Shown one piece after another: positions 29,113-39,243 of a DNA stretch of 64,000 bases. Made by a program: the position numbers and the translations under genes. Source of the stretch: Gemmatimonas sp. (lineage in GTDB: Bacteria; Gemmatimonadota; Gemmatimonadetes; Gemmatimonadales; Gemmatimonadaceae); assembly GCA_031414535.1 (NCBI GenBank), contig JANNVQ010000038.1, positions 67,461-131,460 of the forward strand, written 5' to 3'. Positions within the stretch are counted from its first letter, which is position 1. Each line of letters starts with the position of its first letter. The notes under the pieces were generated by a model that saw only the letters and a list, made by a program, of their open reading frames with translations, ran no database searches and was not told the DNA's origin.

Positions 29113-30912
29113 GTGTCCCGAACGTCATCCCCAGCGCTCGGCGCAATTGCGCTGGCCACCTTTCTCACGCTCGTCCCCATCACGCTTTTGGTCCCGGGGC
29201 TCACCGAGCTCGTGGTGGACCAGCATGGGGGCACGCGGTTTCAGGCCCATCTCTTTGTCTCGCTGAACCAGCTGGCGGGCATCATCGCGGTCCCGATTGC
29301 GATGGCGCTGCACCGCCGCTGGCCGTACACGCGGCGCTGGGTTGTGGGCCTTCTCGCGGTGGACGCAGTGGCCTTCATCGGCATGGGCTTGGCCCCCACG
29401 CTCCAGGCTCTGTTTGCCTGGCGCGCGCTCGATGGCATGGCGCACCTGCCCGCGGTGACCTTCTTGATGATTGCTGCCAACCGCAGCGGCGGTGAGCGCC
29501 GCGGCGCCACGCTGGGCCTCGTAGCGGGCGCGTTGATGGTCGGCGTGGGAGTAGGTGCGCCGCTGGGCGGCGTCCTCATCGATCAAGATCCGCTGAGCGT
29601 GTATCGCGTGGGGGCGGTGCTGCTATTGATGGCCGCGGCTGCCGGCGCGTTTTTACCACAGTTGTCAGCGCCGCGTGGGCCTGCGTCTCGCTACGAGTGG
29701 GACAGCCGTCGCCTGGTGAGTTGGATGCCCTTGGCGTATGGCTTTGCGGATCGATTTCTCATTGGCGTGTTCGTGTCCACCTTCACGCTCTTTCTCACAG
29801 AGGTACACGGTGTGGGAGCGGCGACGCGGGGGATGTTGATGTCGCTGTTTCTTTTGCCCTTCGCCGTGCTGTGCTGGCCGGCGGGTAAATTGGCTGACCG
29901 CATTGGTTGGTATTGGCCGCTGATCATTGCGAATGTGGCGTTTGGTTTTGTGTACGCCATGTATGGATTTTTACCGCTCAAGTGGTTGCCGCTCGCGATG
30001 ATGGTCAGCGGCGTGCTGAGTGCGCTGATGTTTGCGCCGAGCTTGGTGCTGGTGAGTGATTTCGCGCGACGCGGTGCGGGCGAGGGATTGTTTGGGACGT
30101 TTCAGGTAGCGGGATCGTTCGGGTTCCTCGCGGGCCCCCTAGTCGGTGGCGTGCTGGTCGAAGTTCTGCGTGATGCCGATGGCGGTCCGGCTTGGGCCTG
30201 GATTTTTGCTGGTGTCGGCCTCTTGCTCTCAGTGAGTGGCTTGATCAGCGCACGCATTTTGGGGCCACTCGCGAAGAGCGATGAGTTGCCTGATCCGCCG
30301 GGACGTCACGGCGGCATCGTGAATGTGCCGGTGCTTTCGCCGGCCGTGCCGCCACGCGGCAACGCGCTCATGCGGAAGCTCGCGACCGTCCTGATGCGCA
30401 TCTCTGGATGGCGCTTCAGTGGCGTGCCGTTTCCCGACGAGCGCAAGATGGTGGTCATCGTCGCGCCGCACACCTCGAACTGGGACTTCCCCACCGGAAT
30501 CATGGCGATGTACGCGATTGGGTTCCGCGTGACCTTCCTCGGCAAAGACACGCTGTTTCGCTTTCCGATGGGCATCCTGATGCGTTGGCTCGGCGGACTG
30601 CCGGTGGATCGCTCCAGCAAGCAGGACGTGGTGACGCAGACGGCGGAGCTAGTGGCGAAGATGGACCGCGTAGTGATCGCGCTGGCCCCGGAAGGCACGC
30701 GCAAGGCGACGCCGCGGTGGCGCAGCGGCTTTTGGTGGATTGCGCATAAGGCGCAGGTCCCCATCGTGCCGGTGGCCTTTGATTTCAGGACACGTGAGAT
30801 CGTGATTCACCCGCCGATGCGCACGACCGGTGATTCTGATAAGGACATCGCAGCACTCCGTGCACTCTACGTGCCGGAGATGGCCTATGACCCGAGGAAG
30901 TACATCCCATGA
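29113..30912 (+). CDS. MFS transporter fused to a PlsC-type lysophospholipid acyltransferase
   Basis: About 390-aa MFS domain (GKLADRIG) continuing in frame into APHTSNWD (HX4D), FLGK, PVDR, PEGTR, PIVPV. Confidence 0.85.
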   Translation: MSRTSSPALGAIALATFLTLVPITLLVPGLTELVVDQHGGTRFQAHLFVSLNQLAGIIAVPIAMALHRRWPYTRRWVVGLLAVDAVAFIGMGLAPTLQALFAWRALDGMAHLPAVTFLMIAANRSGGERRGATLGLVAGALMVGVGVGAPLGGVLIDQDPLSVYRVGAVLLLMAAAAGAFLPQLSAPRGPASRYEWDSRRLVSWMPLAYGFADRFLIGVFVSTFTLFLTEVHGVGAATRGMLMSLFLLPFAVLCWPAGKLADRIGWYWPLIIANVAFGFVYAMYGFLPLKWLPLAMMVSGVLSALMFAPSLVLVSDFARRGAGEGLFGTFQVAGSFGFLAGPLVGGVLVEVLRDADGGPAWAWIFAGVGLLLSVSGLISARILGPLAKSDELPDPPGRHGGIVNVPVLSPAVPPRGNALMRKLATVLMRISGWRFSGVPFPDERKMVVIVAPHTSNWDFPTGIMAMYAIGFRVTFLGKDTLFRFPMGILMRWLGGLPVDRSSKQDVVTQTAELVAKMDRVVIALAPEGTRKATPRWRSGFWWIAHKAQVPIVPVAFDFRTREIVIHPPMRTTGDSDKDIAALRALYVPEMAYDPRKYIP

Positions 30913-31739
30913 CGACCCGACGCGACGTAGTGATGGCGATGGCGGCTGCTGGGCTGGGCGCAGTGTTGCCACGCCAGTTGCGCGCTGATCCGCTGGGGGG
31001 CGTGGGCATTCAGCTGTACACGCTTCGTGCGCAGATGCAGCAGGACCCGCTGCGCACGCTCGAGCGCATTGGGCAGATCGGCTATACGGAGATTGAGTGG
31101 TGGGGCGAGTTTGGTCGTACGCCTGCGCAGTTACGCTCCCTGTTGGATGCCAATGGCTTGTCGAGCCCATCCTGGCACCTTGATCCGCGGCTCTTAGAGC
31201 CGGCGCAGCTGGGCGCCACGCTGGATACGGCCGCGATTATGGGGCACAAGCACCTCATCGTCGCGTGGTTGCCGCCAGGCCAGCGTTCGCAGGACTCCAT
31301 CAAGCGCGTTGCCGACCTCTTGAATGCGGCTGGTGAGCGCGGCGCGAGCGTGGGTGTGCGAACGGGATATCACAACCACGACTTTGAGTTTGCAGGTGCT
31401 GAGGGGAACACCTTGTGGGACGCGATCGTGGGCCACACGGATTCGCGCTACGTGGATCTGGAACTCGACTGTTACTGGGCCTTTAAGGCGGGGCACGATC
31501 CCGTCGCGCTGCTGCGGGACTTGAAGGACCGCATCACGCATTTGCATCTGAAGGATTCGCTGGCGGGGCCCGCGTTTACGCAGGTGGATTTGGGTGAAGG
31601 CGTGATTGATTGGCGCAGCGTGTTGTCGGTGGCGACGGCGGGCCGCGTGAAGCATGTGTTCGTGGAACACGACGGGCCGGTGGATCCGTGGGTGACGGCG
31701 GAAGTTGGGCGGCGGCATCTGCGGGGGCTTGGGTTCTAG
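30909..31739 (+). CDS. Tat-exported sugar-phosphate isomerase/epimerase (xylose-isomerase-like TIM barrel)
   Basis: TTRRDVV Tat signal; GIQLYTLR, GYHNHDFEF, ELDCYW, HLKD, FVEHD. Confidence 0.9.
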   Translation: MTTRRDVVMAMAAAGLGAVLPRQLRADPLGGVGIQLYTLRAQMQQDPLRTLERIGQIGYTEIEWWGEFGRTPAQLRSLLDANGLSSPSWHLDPRLLEPAQLGATLDTAAIMGHKHLIVAWLPPGQRSQDSIKRVADLLNAAGERGASVGVRTGYHNHDFEFAGAEGNTLWDAIVGHTDSRYVDLELDCYWAFKAGHDPVALLRDLKDRITHLHLKDSLAGPAFTQVDLGEGVIDWRSVLSVATAGRVKHVFVEHDGPVDPWVTAEVGRRHLRGLGF

Positions 31740-31803
31740 CCCTTCACCGCCCACCTCACGTTCATCCCTGTAGATTCTTCAGTCCCCTATCGCACATTCT
31801 AGA

Positions 31804-32622
31804 ATGTCATCTTCACCTTCATCGAAAGTCGCCGTGACCGCTTGCCCTGCCTGCGATGCGACCGCCGCAGTACCCGACCCGTTCTACTACCTCTGGCACG
31901 GCAACGAGTACGTCATCCATCGCTGCCGCGCCTGTACCCATCAGTTCGTTCATCCCTCGATTAGTGCAGCGGATCAGGCAGACATGTATAGCGACCACTA
32001 CTTCTCTGCGGGCGGAGATTGGGTCTGCGGAATGTTTGAGGGGAGCTACTCCGATGCCGAAGCCGAGATTCGTAAAGAGGCGCACGAAGTGCTTGCGTAC
32101 ATTCCGGAGGCGAGTGGGAATCTCCTAGACATCGGCTGCGCCGGCGGAGTCTTTCTCGACGAAGCCCGGAAGAAGGGCTTCATCGTGTCCGGCATTGAAC
32201 TCAACGCCACGCAGGCGGAGTCAGCCCGCACGCGGTTCTCCCTGCCCGTGATGACAGGACGCATCGAGGATGTGCCGGCGGACAAGTGGAAAGCAGAATT
32301 TGACGTCGTGACGCTGATGGACTGTCTTGAGCACCTTCCCCGCCCGCTTGATGCCTTTCGGAAGGTGGCCGAGTGGACGCGGCCCGGCGCCGTCGTCTTC
32401 ATTCGGGGACCTCTCGTCAACGACCCTGTCGGCTCTCTCAAAGAGAGTCTGCGTCGTCTCGTGTGGAAACGAAAGCAACTCCCGGGTTACCCACTCGACG
32501 CCAACATCTTCAATCGCCGCTCTTTGGCGGTGATGCTAGATCGCGCTGGGTTCGACGTAGAGAACTGGGTCTCGTCCACGAAAACGTTCGCCAACGTGAT
32601 CGTGCGGCGGCGCAGGAGCTAA
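31804..32622 (+). CDS. Class I SAM-dependent methyltransferase with N-terminal Zn ribbon
   Basis: CPAC...CRAC; LLDIGCAGG; GIE; FDVVTLMDCLEH. Confidence 0.88.
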   Translation: MSSSPSSKVAVTACPACDATAAVPDPFYYLWHGNEYVIHRCRACTHQFVHPSISAADQADMYSDHYFSAGGDWVCGMFEGSYSDAEAEIRKEAHEVLAYIPEASGNLLDIGCAGGVFLDEARKKGFIVSGIELNATQAESARTRFSLPVMTGRIEDVPADKWKAEFDVVTLMDCLEHLPRPLDAFRKVAEWTRPGAVVFIRGPLVNDPVGSLKESLRRLVWKRKQLPGYPLDANIFNRRSLAVMLDRAGFDVENWVSSTKTFANVIVRRRRS

Positions 32623-32640
32623 GCCGCGACGGGCTTGTGC

Positions 32641-33519
32641 CTACGGGGTCACCAGCACAAACTCCCGCACGCGCCGCACAATCTCGCTACCGTTGCGATT
32701 AGTCCTCGCGAACGCCCCCACGGAAACCCCGTGGGTCCCGTCCACCCACAGCGTATCGAACGACACCCCGACCTCGCCAAGCCGCTTGGCGAGTGAGTGC
32801 GTGTTGCGGGGATTCACCGTGCGATCATCACGTCCCATGACGAGCAACGTGCGCAGCGATTGACCCGTCACGAAGTGCACCGGGAGCGCATCGTATTCCT
32901 GCTCCGGCGTGCCGGAGAATGTGCGCTTCAAGAGGGGAGTATCGAAAATAAAATCGTAGGGGCCCGAGAGCCCCACGAAGCCCGAGAAGACCTGCGGAGT
33001 GAGTCCGTATGCAGCGAGGTAACGGGCGTCGTAGGCGACAAGCGCCGCGATGTGGGCACCAGCGCTGTGACCCATCAGTACCACGCGCGAGGTGTCGCCG
33101 CCCCAGAGCGGAATCTTCTTGTAGGCGTCCGCCACCGCATGCGCGGCATCGTCCACGAACCCGGGGAAGCGACGATCGGGCATCAACCCGTAGTTGGGAA
33201 GCACAGCAATGACTCCCTGTGCCGCCAATGCCTGCCCCACCCAGCGGTAGGAGTGCTTATCGCCAGTCTCCCAACTTCCACCGTGCACGAAGAACACCAC
33301 CGGAACTGCGGCGCCGGGTACCCTGCCCTCAGACGCGACTGGTCGGTACACGTCATACCTCTGGCGCAGGCCACTGCCGTACGCGATTTCCACGACCGGC
33401 ACATCGCCGTTCTCGACGAGATTGGCGGCGCCGAGTAGAACCGACGTGCACCCGCCAAGAGACAGCTGGGCGGCAATCGCCACCGTGGCAAGCAAGGAGC
33501 GCATGAATCGCTGAGGCAT
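32641..33519 (-). CDS. Alpha/beta hydrolase (HSL-like esterase), lipoprotein
   Basis: LSLGGC lipobox; HGGSW; GHSAG; Asp in DRTV; His in GTHG. Confidence 0.88.
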   Translation of the reverse strand: MPQRFMRSLLATVAIAAQLSLGGCTSVLLGAANLVENGDVPVVEIAYGSGLRQRYDVYRPVASEGRVPGAAVPVVFFVHGGSWETGDKHSYRWVGQALAAQGVIAVLPNYGLMPDRRFPGFVDDAAHAVADAYKKIPLWGGDTSRVVLMGHSAGAHIAALVAYDARYLAAYGLTPQVFSGFVGLSGPYDFIFDTPLLKRTFSGTPEQEYDALPVHFVTGQSLRTLLVMGRDDRTVNPRNTHSLAKRLGEVGVSFDTLWVDGTHGVSVGAFARTNRNGSEIVRRVREFVLVTP

Positions 33520-33560
33520 CTACCACCAACGCCGCGATACACGTATCGGTTCGCGATTAA

Positions 33561-35498
33561 TCAGGGCTTGGGAATGTCGATTGCCGGATTCCGCGCGAAG
33601 AATCCCACCGGCCTGATTTCGAAACTGTGTTTCGCCACCGGCATCAGCGGCCAGTCCTCAGGACGCGGCACGTGATGGAAGCCCATCGTCACCCAAGCCA
33701 CCAAGTCTTGGTTGATGATGGACTCGTTGTTGGCCGTGAACGCCGGTAATCCTTCGCCAGCGGGATGTACGGTGGGATAGTCGCCGGAGGCGTAGAGCTG
33801 GCGGCGGTCATACGGCGTGACCCAGAGCATGTGCTCGGTAAATGCGCCGCGCTGGAGCATGTAGTCGTCAGCGGCCAAGAGGGGCATGGCGCTGTGGCTG
33901 TCAATCTGGTAGCCAACAAAACCACTGTACGGGCCACGCACACCTGGATTCACAAAGCGCCAGAGTTCCGGTGCCGCCATGGTGGACATGCGCATCCCCT
34001 CGCGCTCGTTGCGCGCTTCCACCGTCTCGGCGGTCCAAACGCTACGCCGCGGGTTCTCGGCGGGCAGGCGCTGGGTGCGCAACCGGTCCACGTGCAAGGA
34101 GTTGGATGTCCCATCCACATCGAGGTCAACGCGGAATGAGAAGAAGTGACTGTGGTTCATGCCCACGCGTCCCGGCGCGATGAGCCGACCATACTGCTCA
34201 TCCACGGCTGTACCCGAGGCAGTCTTGGTGGCGTCCATACCAGTGGCCGAGGCGTCCATCTTGATTGTGCCGTCCTGCTGGAAGACCCAATCGAAGAGGT
34301 AGTCGTAGTTTCCGGCTGTCATGAACATGCGCAGCACGAGGTCGGTCTTGGGCCGGGCCTCGATGCTGTTGCCGCGCTCGCGGCCATGCCGCCAGGCGAC
34401 GTCGCCGGCGTTGCGCTCAAACAGGCAGGCCGCCCGCTGCCGCATCCGGGGCATCCCGCTGGGCGTGACCACCCAGGCATCGAAATAGGTGGCATACTCG
34501 GGACATTCCACACCGCGCTCGAGCGAGCTCGCAATGCCGCCGAATATTCCCGTGTACGTGCCGAGGTCAAAGAAGCCTTGATAGTTCCACGGCGCGTTGG
34601 CATCCATGTATGGCACGAAGAGTTCGGAGAGCGAACCCTGATACATGATGGAGCGGTCACGCCCGCCGTCCGCGTAGCGCACCTGCGACACCACCACCCC
34701 TCGACGCGGATCCACGCGGAACTGGAACTTCCAGTTCTGCCAGCTCACCTGCTGTCCGTTGAGCGTGTAGCTCGGGCCATCCGGCTGCACCATCGTCACG
34801 CGGTTTGGAGCCTCTCGCGTGGGGCCGATGGCCTCGGGATCATAGTTGCCGAACGCGCCGCTTGACGGCCGCACGCCAGTGTCAATCACGCGAAGCACCT
34901 TCTCGTCCGTGAGGTCCACCACGGCCACGAGTCCCTCAAAATCCTCACCGTAGCCGAGCACACGTCCGCGATCGTTGCCGCACATAACGTGCACGACACG
35001 GCGCTCGCGCTCTTCGGGCAGATCGAAGTATCCGTGATTGGCCGGGAAGCAGCCTACCAAGGTGAAGTCGGCGACTCCGCGCTTGCGAATGCCTTCGCGC
35101 ATGCGCGCGTCGGCAAGTGTGAGCCGTTCCGCCATCGCGGCTTCGGCATCGTTGATCATGTAGCGCTGGCCAGGCGCGTCGCTCCACGAAAGAACCGACT
35201 TGGCATTGATGTTGATCACGGCCTCGAAACCGCGTCCGCCCTGCGTGCCGTGAACGAGCGCCTCGCGACGGAAGGGCTGGCCACTGCGCCAGGCCATCAC
35301 CTCCGCCTTGGGCGCTTCGTTGAGCCCCACGTATAGGTACTGGGTGGTGCTGTCCGTGCGACCAGACGCCACGAGTGCATCGCGGACAATCCAATGCTCG
35401 CGCGCTGACAGACCATCGAGCGGATGCGAAGGAGCTTGAGCGCTGGCAATCGGTGCCAGCGCGAATAGGGCTGCGAGGGCCTTGAACAGACGGAGCAT
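33561..35498 (-). CDS. tynA: Periplasmic copper-containing primary amine oxidase (TPQ)
   Basis: Signal peptide; HPLDGLS; TAGNYDY (TxxNYD TPQ motif); HSH and FHH Cu ligands; PEDWPLMP. Confidence 0.9.
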   Translation of the reverse strand: MLRLFKALAALFALAPIASAQAPSHPLDGLSAREHWIVRDALVASGRTDSTTQYLYVGLNEAPKAEVMAWRSGQPFRREALVHGTQGGRGFEAVININAKSVLSWSDAPGQRYMINDAEAAMAERLTLADARMREGIRKRGVADFTLVGCFPANHGYFDLPEERERRVVHVMCGNDRGRVLGYGEDFEGLVAVVDLTDEKVLRVIDTGVRPSSGAFGNYDPEAIGPTREAPNRVTMVQPDGPSYTLNGQQVSWQNWKFQFRVDPRRGVVVSQVRYADGGRDRSIMYQGSLSELFVPYMDANAPWNYQGFFDLGTYTGIFGGIASSLERGVECPEYATYFDAWVVTPSGMPRMRQRAACLFERNAGDVAWRHGRERGNSIEARPKTDLVLRMFMTAGNYDYLFDWVFQQDGTIKMDASATGMDATKTASGTAVDEQYGRLIAPGRVGMNHSHFFSFRVDLDVDGTSNSLHVDRLRTQRLPAENPRRSVWTAETVEARNEREGMRMSTMAAPELWRFVNPGVRGPYSGFVGYQIDSHSAMPLLAADDYMLQRGAFTEHMLWVTPYDRRQLYASGDYPTVHPAGEGLPAFTANNESIINQDLVAWVTMGFHHVPRPEDWPLMPVAKHSFEIRPVGFFARNPAIDIPKP

Positions 35499-35654
35499 GG
35501 CTGCATCCAAAGTCGGGGGGACGCGTCTCAAGAGGGGAAACGCCTAGCGAAGCTATCGCGCAGGGGATGAATGCGCCAACCGAGCGGCTACCCGAGCGCC
35601 CCGCCTGCTCCGCTCCATCGGCTCGGCACTCAATTCCGGTGCATCTTTGTGGAC

Positions 35655-36530
35655 ATGATCACCACCCCATCAAGCCCTGCGCAGGTGGCTGCAGTTTTGG
35701 CTCTCGTACTCGCAAGCGCGGCGTCACTGCAAGCGCAGAGTGCACCTGTGGCATTTACGCAGGTGGCGGATTCAGCCCGCCTTGCACCGGCTGCCGACAT
35801 TCGCCTCAACTACGGCAGTGCAACGGCACAGTTTGCTGAGTTGCGATTACCGAGCGGCGCGGGCCCGCATCCCGTGGTGTTTCTCCTTCACGGCGGTTGC
35901 TGGCTCAACGCCTACGGACTGGGTCACGTGGCAGGAATCGCCGAGTCTGTGCGCCAGAATGGAATCGCCGTGTTCGCCCCCGAATATCGACGCGTCGGCG
36001 ACGAGGGCGCGGGCTACCCTGAGACGTTTAGCGATGTCCGTACCGCCTTTGACTCACTGCTCGCCATTGCGCCGCGTCACAATCTCGACGTTTCTCGCAT
36101 CGTGCTGATGGGCCATTCAGCTGGTGGTCAGCTCGCGCTCTGGTTGGCGAGCGAGGCGCATGTTCGTGTGGAGGCGGTCATCGCGCTCGCCGCGGTGACG
36201 GACCTCGCGGCCTTCGCGGCGCCTACAGGTTGCGGAGCAGCGGTGCATCGGCTCATGGGCGGCACGGCCGAGGCTCTTGCGGAGCGCTATGAGTCGGCGT
36301 CGCCAGTGACACGTCCTGCTCCAGCGGCGAACACGCCAGTGCTGCTCGTCGCGGCCGATGGAGATCGCACGGTGCCACCTGCGCAGGCAGATGCCTACGT
36401 CGCCAAGTTCCCCGGCACAACGGTAGAACACGTGCCAGGAGGACACTTCGATTTGGTGGCGCCATGGACTCCAGCTTGGGCCCGCGTGCTAGCGCTCACG
36501 ACCGAGCGGCTCCGCGGGCCAAAGCACTAG
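35655..36530 (+). CDS. Exported alpha/beta hydrolase
   Basis: Signal peptide; LHGGCW; EYRRVG; GHSAGG; DRTVP; GHF. Confidence 0.87.
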   Translation: MITTPSSPAQVAAVLALVLASAASLQAQSAPVAFTQVADSARLAPAADIRLNYGSATAQFAELRLPSGAGPHPVVFLLHGGCWLNAYGLGHVAGIAESVRQNGIAVFAPEYRRVGDEGAGYPETFSDVRTAFDSLLAIAPRHNLDVSRIVLMGHSAGGQLALWLASEAHVRVEAVIALAAVTDLAAFAAPTGCGAAVHRLMGGTAEALAERYESASPVTRPAPAANTPVLLVAADGDRTVPPAQADAYVAKFPGTTVEHVPGGHFDLVAPWTPAWARVLALTTERLRGPKH

Positions 36531-36548
36531 CCAGCCGCGAGCGTCAAC

Positions 36549-37994
36549 TCAGGGTAGCGCCGCCCCCGTGACCCACTTCACCAAACGCCCCGTCGCTATC
36601 ACATCTCCCACCGCTACCTGATTCAGTCGCGCAAGTTGCTCGGCCGAAAGCGGACTATTGCGCTGACGGCGAAGCGCGTCAATGGAGCTCGCACGATCGA
36701 GGCGAATGATTTCAAGGCGCTGCGGCTGAATTGCGAGGGCTGCTTGGTCTGTCAGTACCGCAAACGAGCGCAACGTGCGTTCGGCCGCAGCCTGTTGGGT
36801 GCCCCAACGCGCCGCCGGTCCGTAGGCGAGGAGCTGAAACACGGCACCGCCGTGCTCCACGAACATCACCGTTCCACGCAGGGTGTCCGCTTCCTGAGCC
36901 GCCGTAAATGTCACCGCCGATGAGGTGAAGCCGTTGACCCCGGGCCGTTGCACGGAGCCGAACTGCATGGCCTCCTGCGCCGTGAATGCGCGCATGGCCT
37001 CGTCAGCGGTTCTCGACTGGCTCAGTGTCAATTGGATGAGCGCGTCCTTGGTGCTGCTCATCGCGCGCACGGCCTGTGCTTCGTTCCGCGTGACCCAGCC
37101 CTCGGGGAATGTCATGGTGAAGCGCAGGTCCGGATGGTTGAAGCGCTGGCCCACGAAATAGCCCGCCCGCGGATTCTCTCCGTACACCACTTTCTCGAGC
37201 CGGCGCAGGTAGGCATCGCGTTCTACAATCGTGCCGATGCTCTCGGCGGGAATGTTGGCGATGGCGCGTTCAATGCGTGCTTGGCGATCTGCAGGCGTTG
37301 GGTGCGTTGACATCCAGTCGGGGATCTGCTCGGCCCCAGATGCCGCGCTCAGCGAACCGAGCATCGCATACACACCGGGCATCTCACGCACATCGTACGA
37401 GGTACGCTTCATGTAGCGCAGCCCGAGTCCGTCGGCTTGGTTCTCGTCGTCGCGCCCGTACTTGAGGAAGAGCACACCGAGCCCGGCGCCGGCCATATCG
37501 GCCATCTGGGCAAAGCGCTCGCTGGCAATGCTGCCAACTACGAGGCCAATCTGCGCCAGCTGCTCTTTGCTCATCTGCGCCACTGAGTGCCGCGCCGTGA
37601 CGTGTCCGATTTCGTGACCAATGACGGCCACGAGCTGTGCCTCTGAATTGAACTGCGCGAGAATGCCGCGCGTGATGTAGATGAATCCACCGGGAACCGC
37701 AAACGCGTTCACAACCGGATCATCAATCACGCGGAAGGTCCACGGCAGCTGCGGTCGTTCGCTCTGCGCGGCGAGGCGCTGGCCGAGGCCCGCGACGTAG
37801 CGTTGCATCGCCGAGTCGGGATAGAGGCCCATGGAAGAGACGATTTGCGGATCGTACTCCTTGCCCATCGCGATCTCCTGTGACTCGGAGATCATCATCA
37901 GCTCGCGGTTGCCCGTGGCAGGGTTGATGGCGCAGGCAGCAGCGAAAAGCGCAGCGAGGAGTGCGGCGCGCTGACGCGGTGAGCGAATGGGCAT
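36549..37994 (-). CDS. M48 family Zn-metalloprotease lipoprotein (BepA/YfgC-like)
   Basis: LFAAAC lipobox, CAINPATG, VNAFAVPGG, HEIGH (HExxH), ENQAD, STHP. Confidence 0.92.
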   Translation of the reverse strand: MPIRSPRQRAALLAALFAAACAINPATGNRELMMISESQEIAMGKEYDPQIVSSMGLYPDSAMQRYVAGLGQRLAAQSERPQLPWTFRVIDDPVVNAFAVPGGFIYITRGILAQFNSEAQLVAVIGHEIGHVTARHSVAQMSKEQLAQIGLVVGSIASERFAQMADMAGAGLGVLFLKYGRDDENQADGLGLRYMKRTSYDVREMPGVYAMLGSLSAASGAEQIPDWMSTHPTPADRQARIERAIANIPAESIGTIVERDAYLRRLEKVVYGENPRAGYFVGQRFNHPDLRFTMTFPEGWVTRNEAQAVRAMSSTKDALIQLTLSQSRTADEAMRAFTAQEAMQFGSVQRPGVNGFTSSAVTFTAAQEADTLRGTVMFVEHGGAVFQLLAYGPAARWGTQQAAAERTLRSFAVLTDQAALAIQPQRLEIIRLDRASSIDALRRQRNSPLSAEQLARLNQVAVGDVIATGRLVKWVTGAALP

Positions 37995-38062
37995 ATGAGG
38001 CTCTTGTTGGTGGGTAAACAATGCTACCCCGTGAATCGGGCGCTGATTCTCCGGCTGGCTGG

Positions 38063-39127
38063 CTAGCTCAGGCCAGCCCAATTATCGAGGAAATCCACCA
38101 GCGCCTCGACCGATTCCAGAGTCACCGCGTTGTACAGACTCGCGCGAATGCCACCCACCGCGCGGTGCCCCTCGAGCCCAACAAACCCCGCCCCCGCAGC
38201 CGCGCGCAGAAACTCCGGCTCGCGCGCACGATTCTTCAGCCGAAACACGACGTTCATCTGCGAGCGGGCCTCGTGCGCCACTGGGGCCTCAAAGGCATCG
38301 TGGCGGTCCAAGCAGGCGTACAGGCGCTCGGCCTTGAGCGCATTTCGCGCCGCCATCGCGCTGAGTCCGCCCTCCTCCTGAATCCACTGGACCACCTCAA
38401 GACAGGCAATCCACGCCGCTGTGGTCGGCGTGTTGGGCAGCGATCCGCTCTCGGACCATGCCCGGAAACTCAAGATCGGAGGCAGGCTCGCTGGCACGCG
38501 CGCTAGCAGTGCGCGCTTCATCACCAGCAGCGTCAGCCCGGGGATGCCGAGGTTTTTCTGCGCGGATGCGTAGAAGGCATCGAGCGTGGCAAAGGGATAG
38601 GGCCGCGAGCAAATCTCCGACGAAAGATCCGCAATCACCGGCACATCGCACACTGGGGGCGCAGCGAACTGCACGCCGTGGATGGTCTCATTGCCGCAAT
38701 AGTGGAGGTAGGCACTCTCGGCGGCAGGCGCGCCCAGCGCTGGCAGCGTCGTGAATCCCGTGCTCGCGGAGCTGGCGAGCACACGCACCCGGGCCACCGC
38801 ACTCGCCTGCTGAACGGCGAGCTTACTCCAGTAGCCAGACTCCACGTAGGCCGCTGGCGCTTGGGCCGCGAGATTCATCGGTATCAGGGCAAACTGAAGC
38901 TGCGCCCCTCCCGGCATGAGCAGAATCTCGTACGAATCATCGAGCCCCAGGAGACCTCGCAGTCCACTTCTGAGCCGCTCCGCGATGTCCGTAAAGCGCG
39001 GGCCCCGGTGGCTGAGCTCCAAGAGCGAAGGCTCGCCGTTTGGCCCAAGCTCAAGCATGCGGCCAAGACGAAGCCGGACAGGGTCCGGAAGGGCGGCGGG
39101 TCCGGCGCCGAAATTATGGCTGGGCAT
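38063..39127 (-). CDS. serC: Phosphoserine aminotransferase
   Basis: NFGAGPAALP, ELSHRG, NETIHG, ADLSS, SAQKNLG (PLP Lys), NTP, GHRAVGGIRASLYNA. Confidence 0.96.
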   Translation of the reverse strand: MPSHNFGAGPAALPDPVRLRLGRMLELGPNGEPSLLELSHRGPRFTDIAERLRSGLRGLLGLDDSYEILLMPGGAQLQFALIPMNLAAQAPAAYVESGYWSKLAVQQASAVARVRVLASSASTGFTTLPALGAPAAESAYLHYCGNETIHGVQFAAPPVCDVPVIADLSSEICSRPYPFATLDAFYASAQKNLGIPGLTLLVMKRALLARVPASLPPILSFRAWSESGSLPNTPTTAAWIACLEVVQWIQEEGGLSAMAARNALKAERLYACLDRHDAFEAPVAHEARSQMNVVFRLKNRAREPEFLRAAAGAGFVGLEGHRAVGGIRASLYNAVTLESVEALVDFLDNWAGLS

Positions 39128-39243
39128 CCCGCAGTTTACAGGAACGAGCAGTCGGCGGGAATCACCACCTTTCTGGGCCGTGGTACTTTCGGCAACTTCA
39201 GTGCTGCAGTTTGCCCTTCACAGCACAACCCGCTCCCGCCCAT

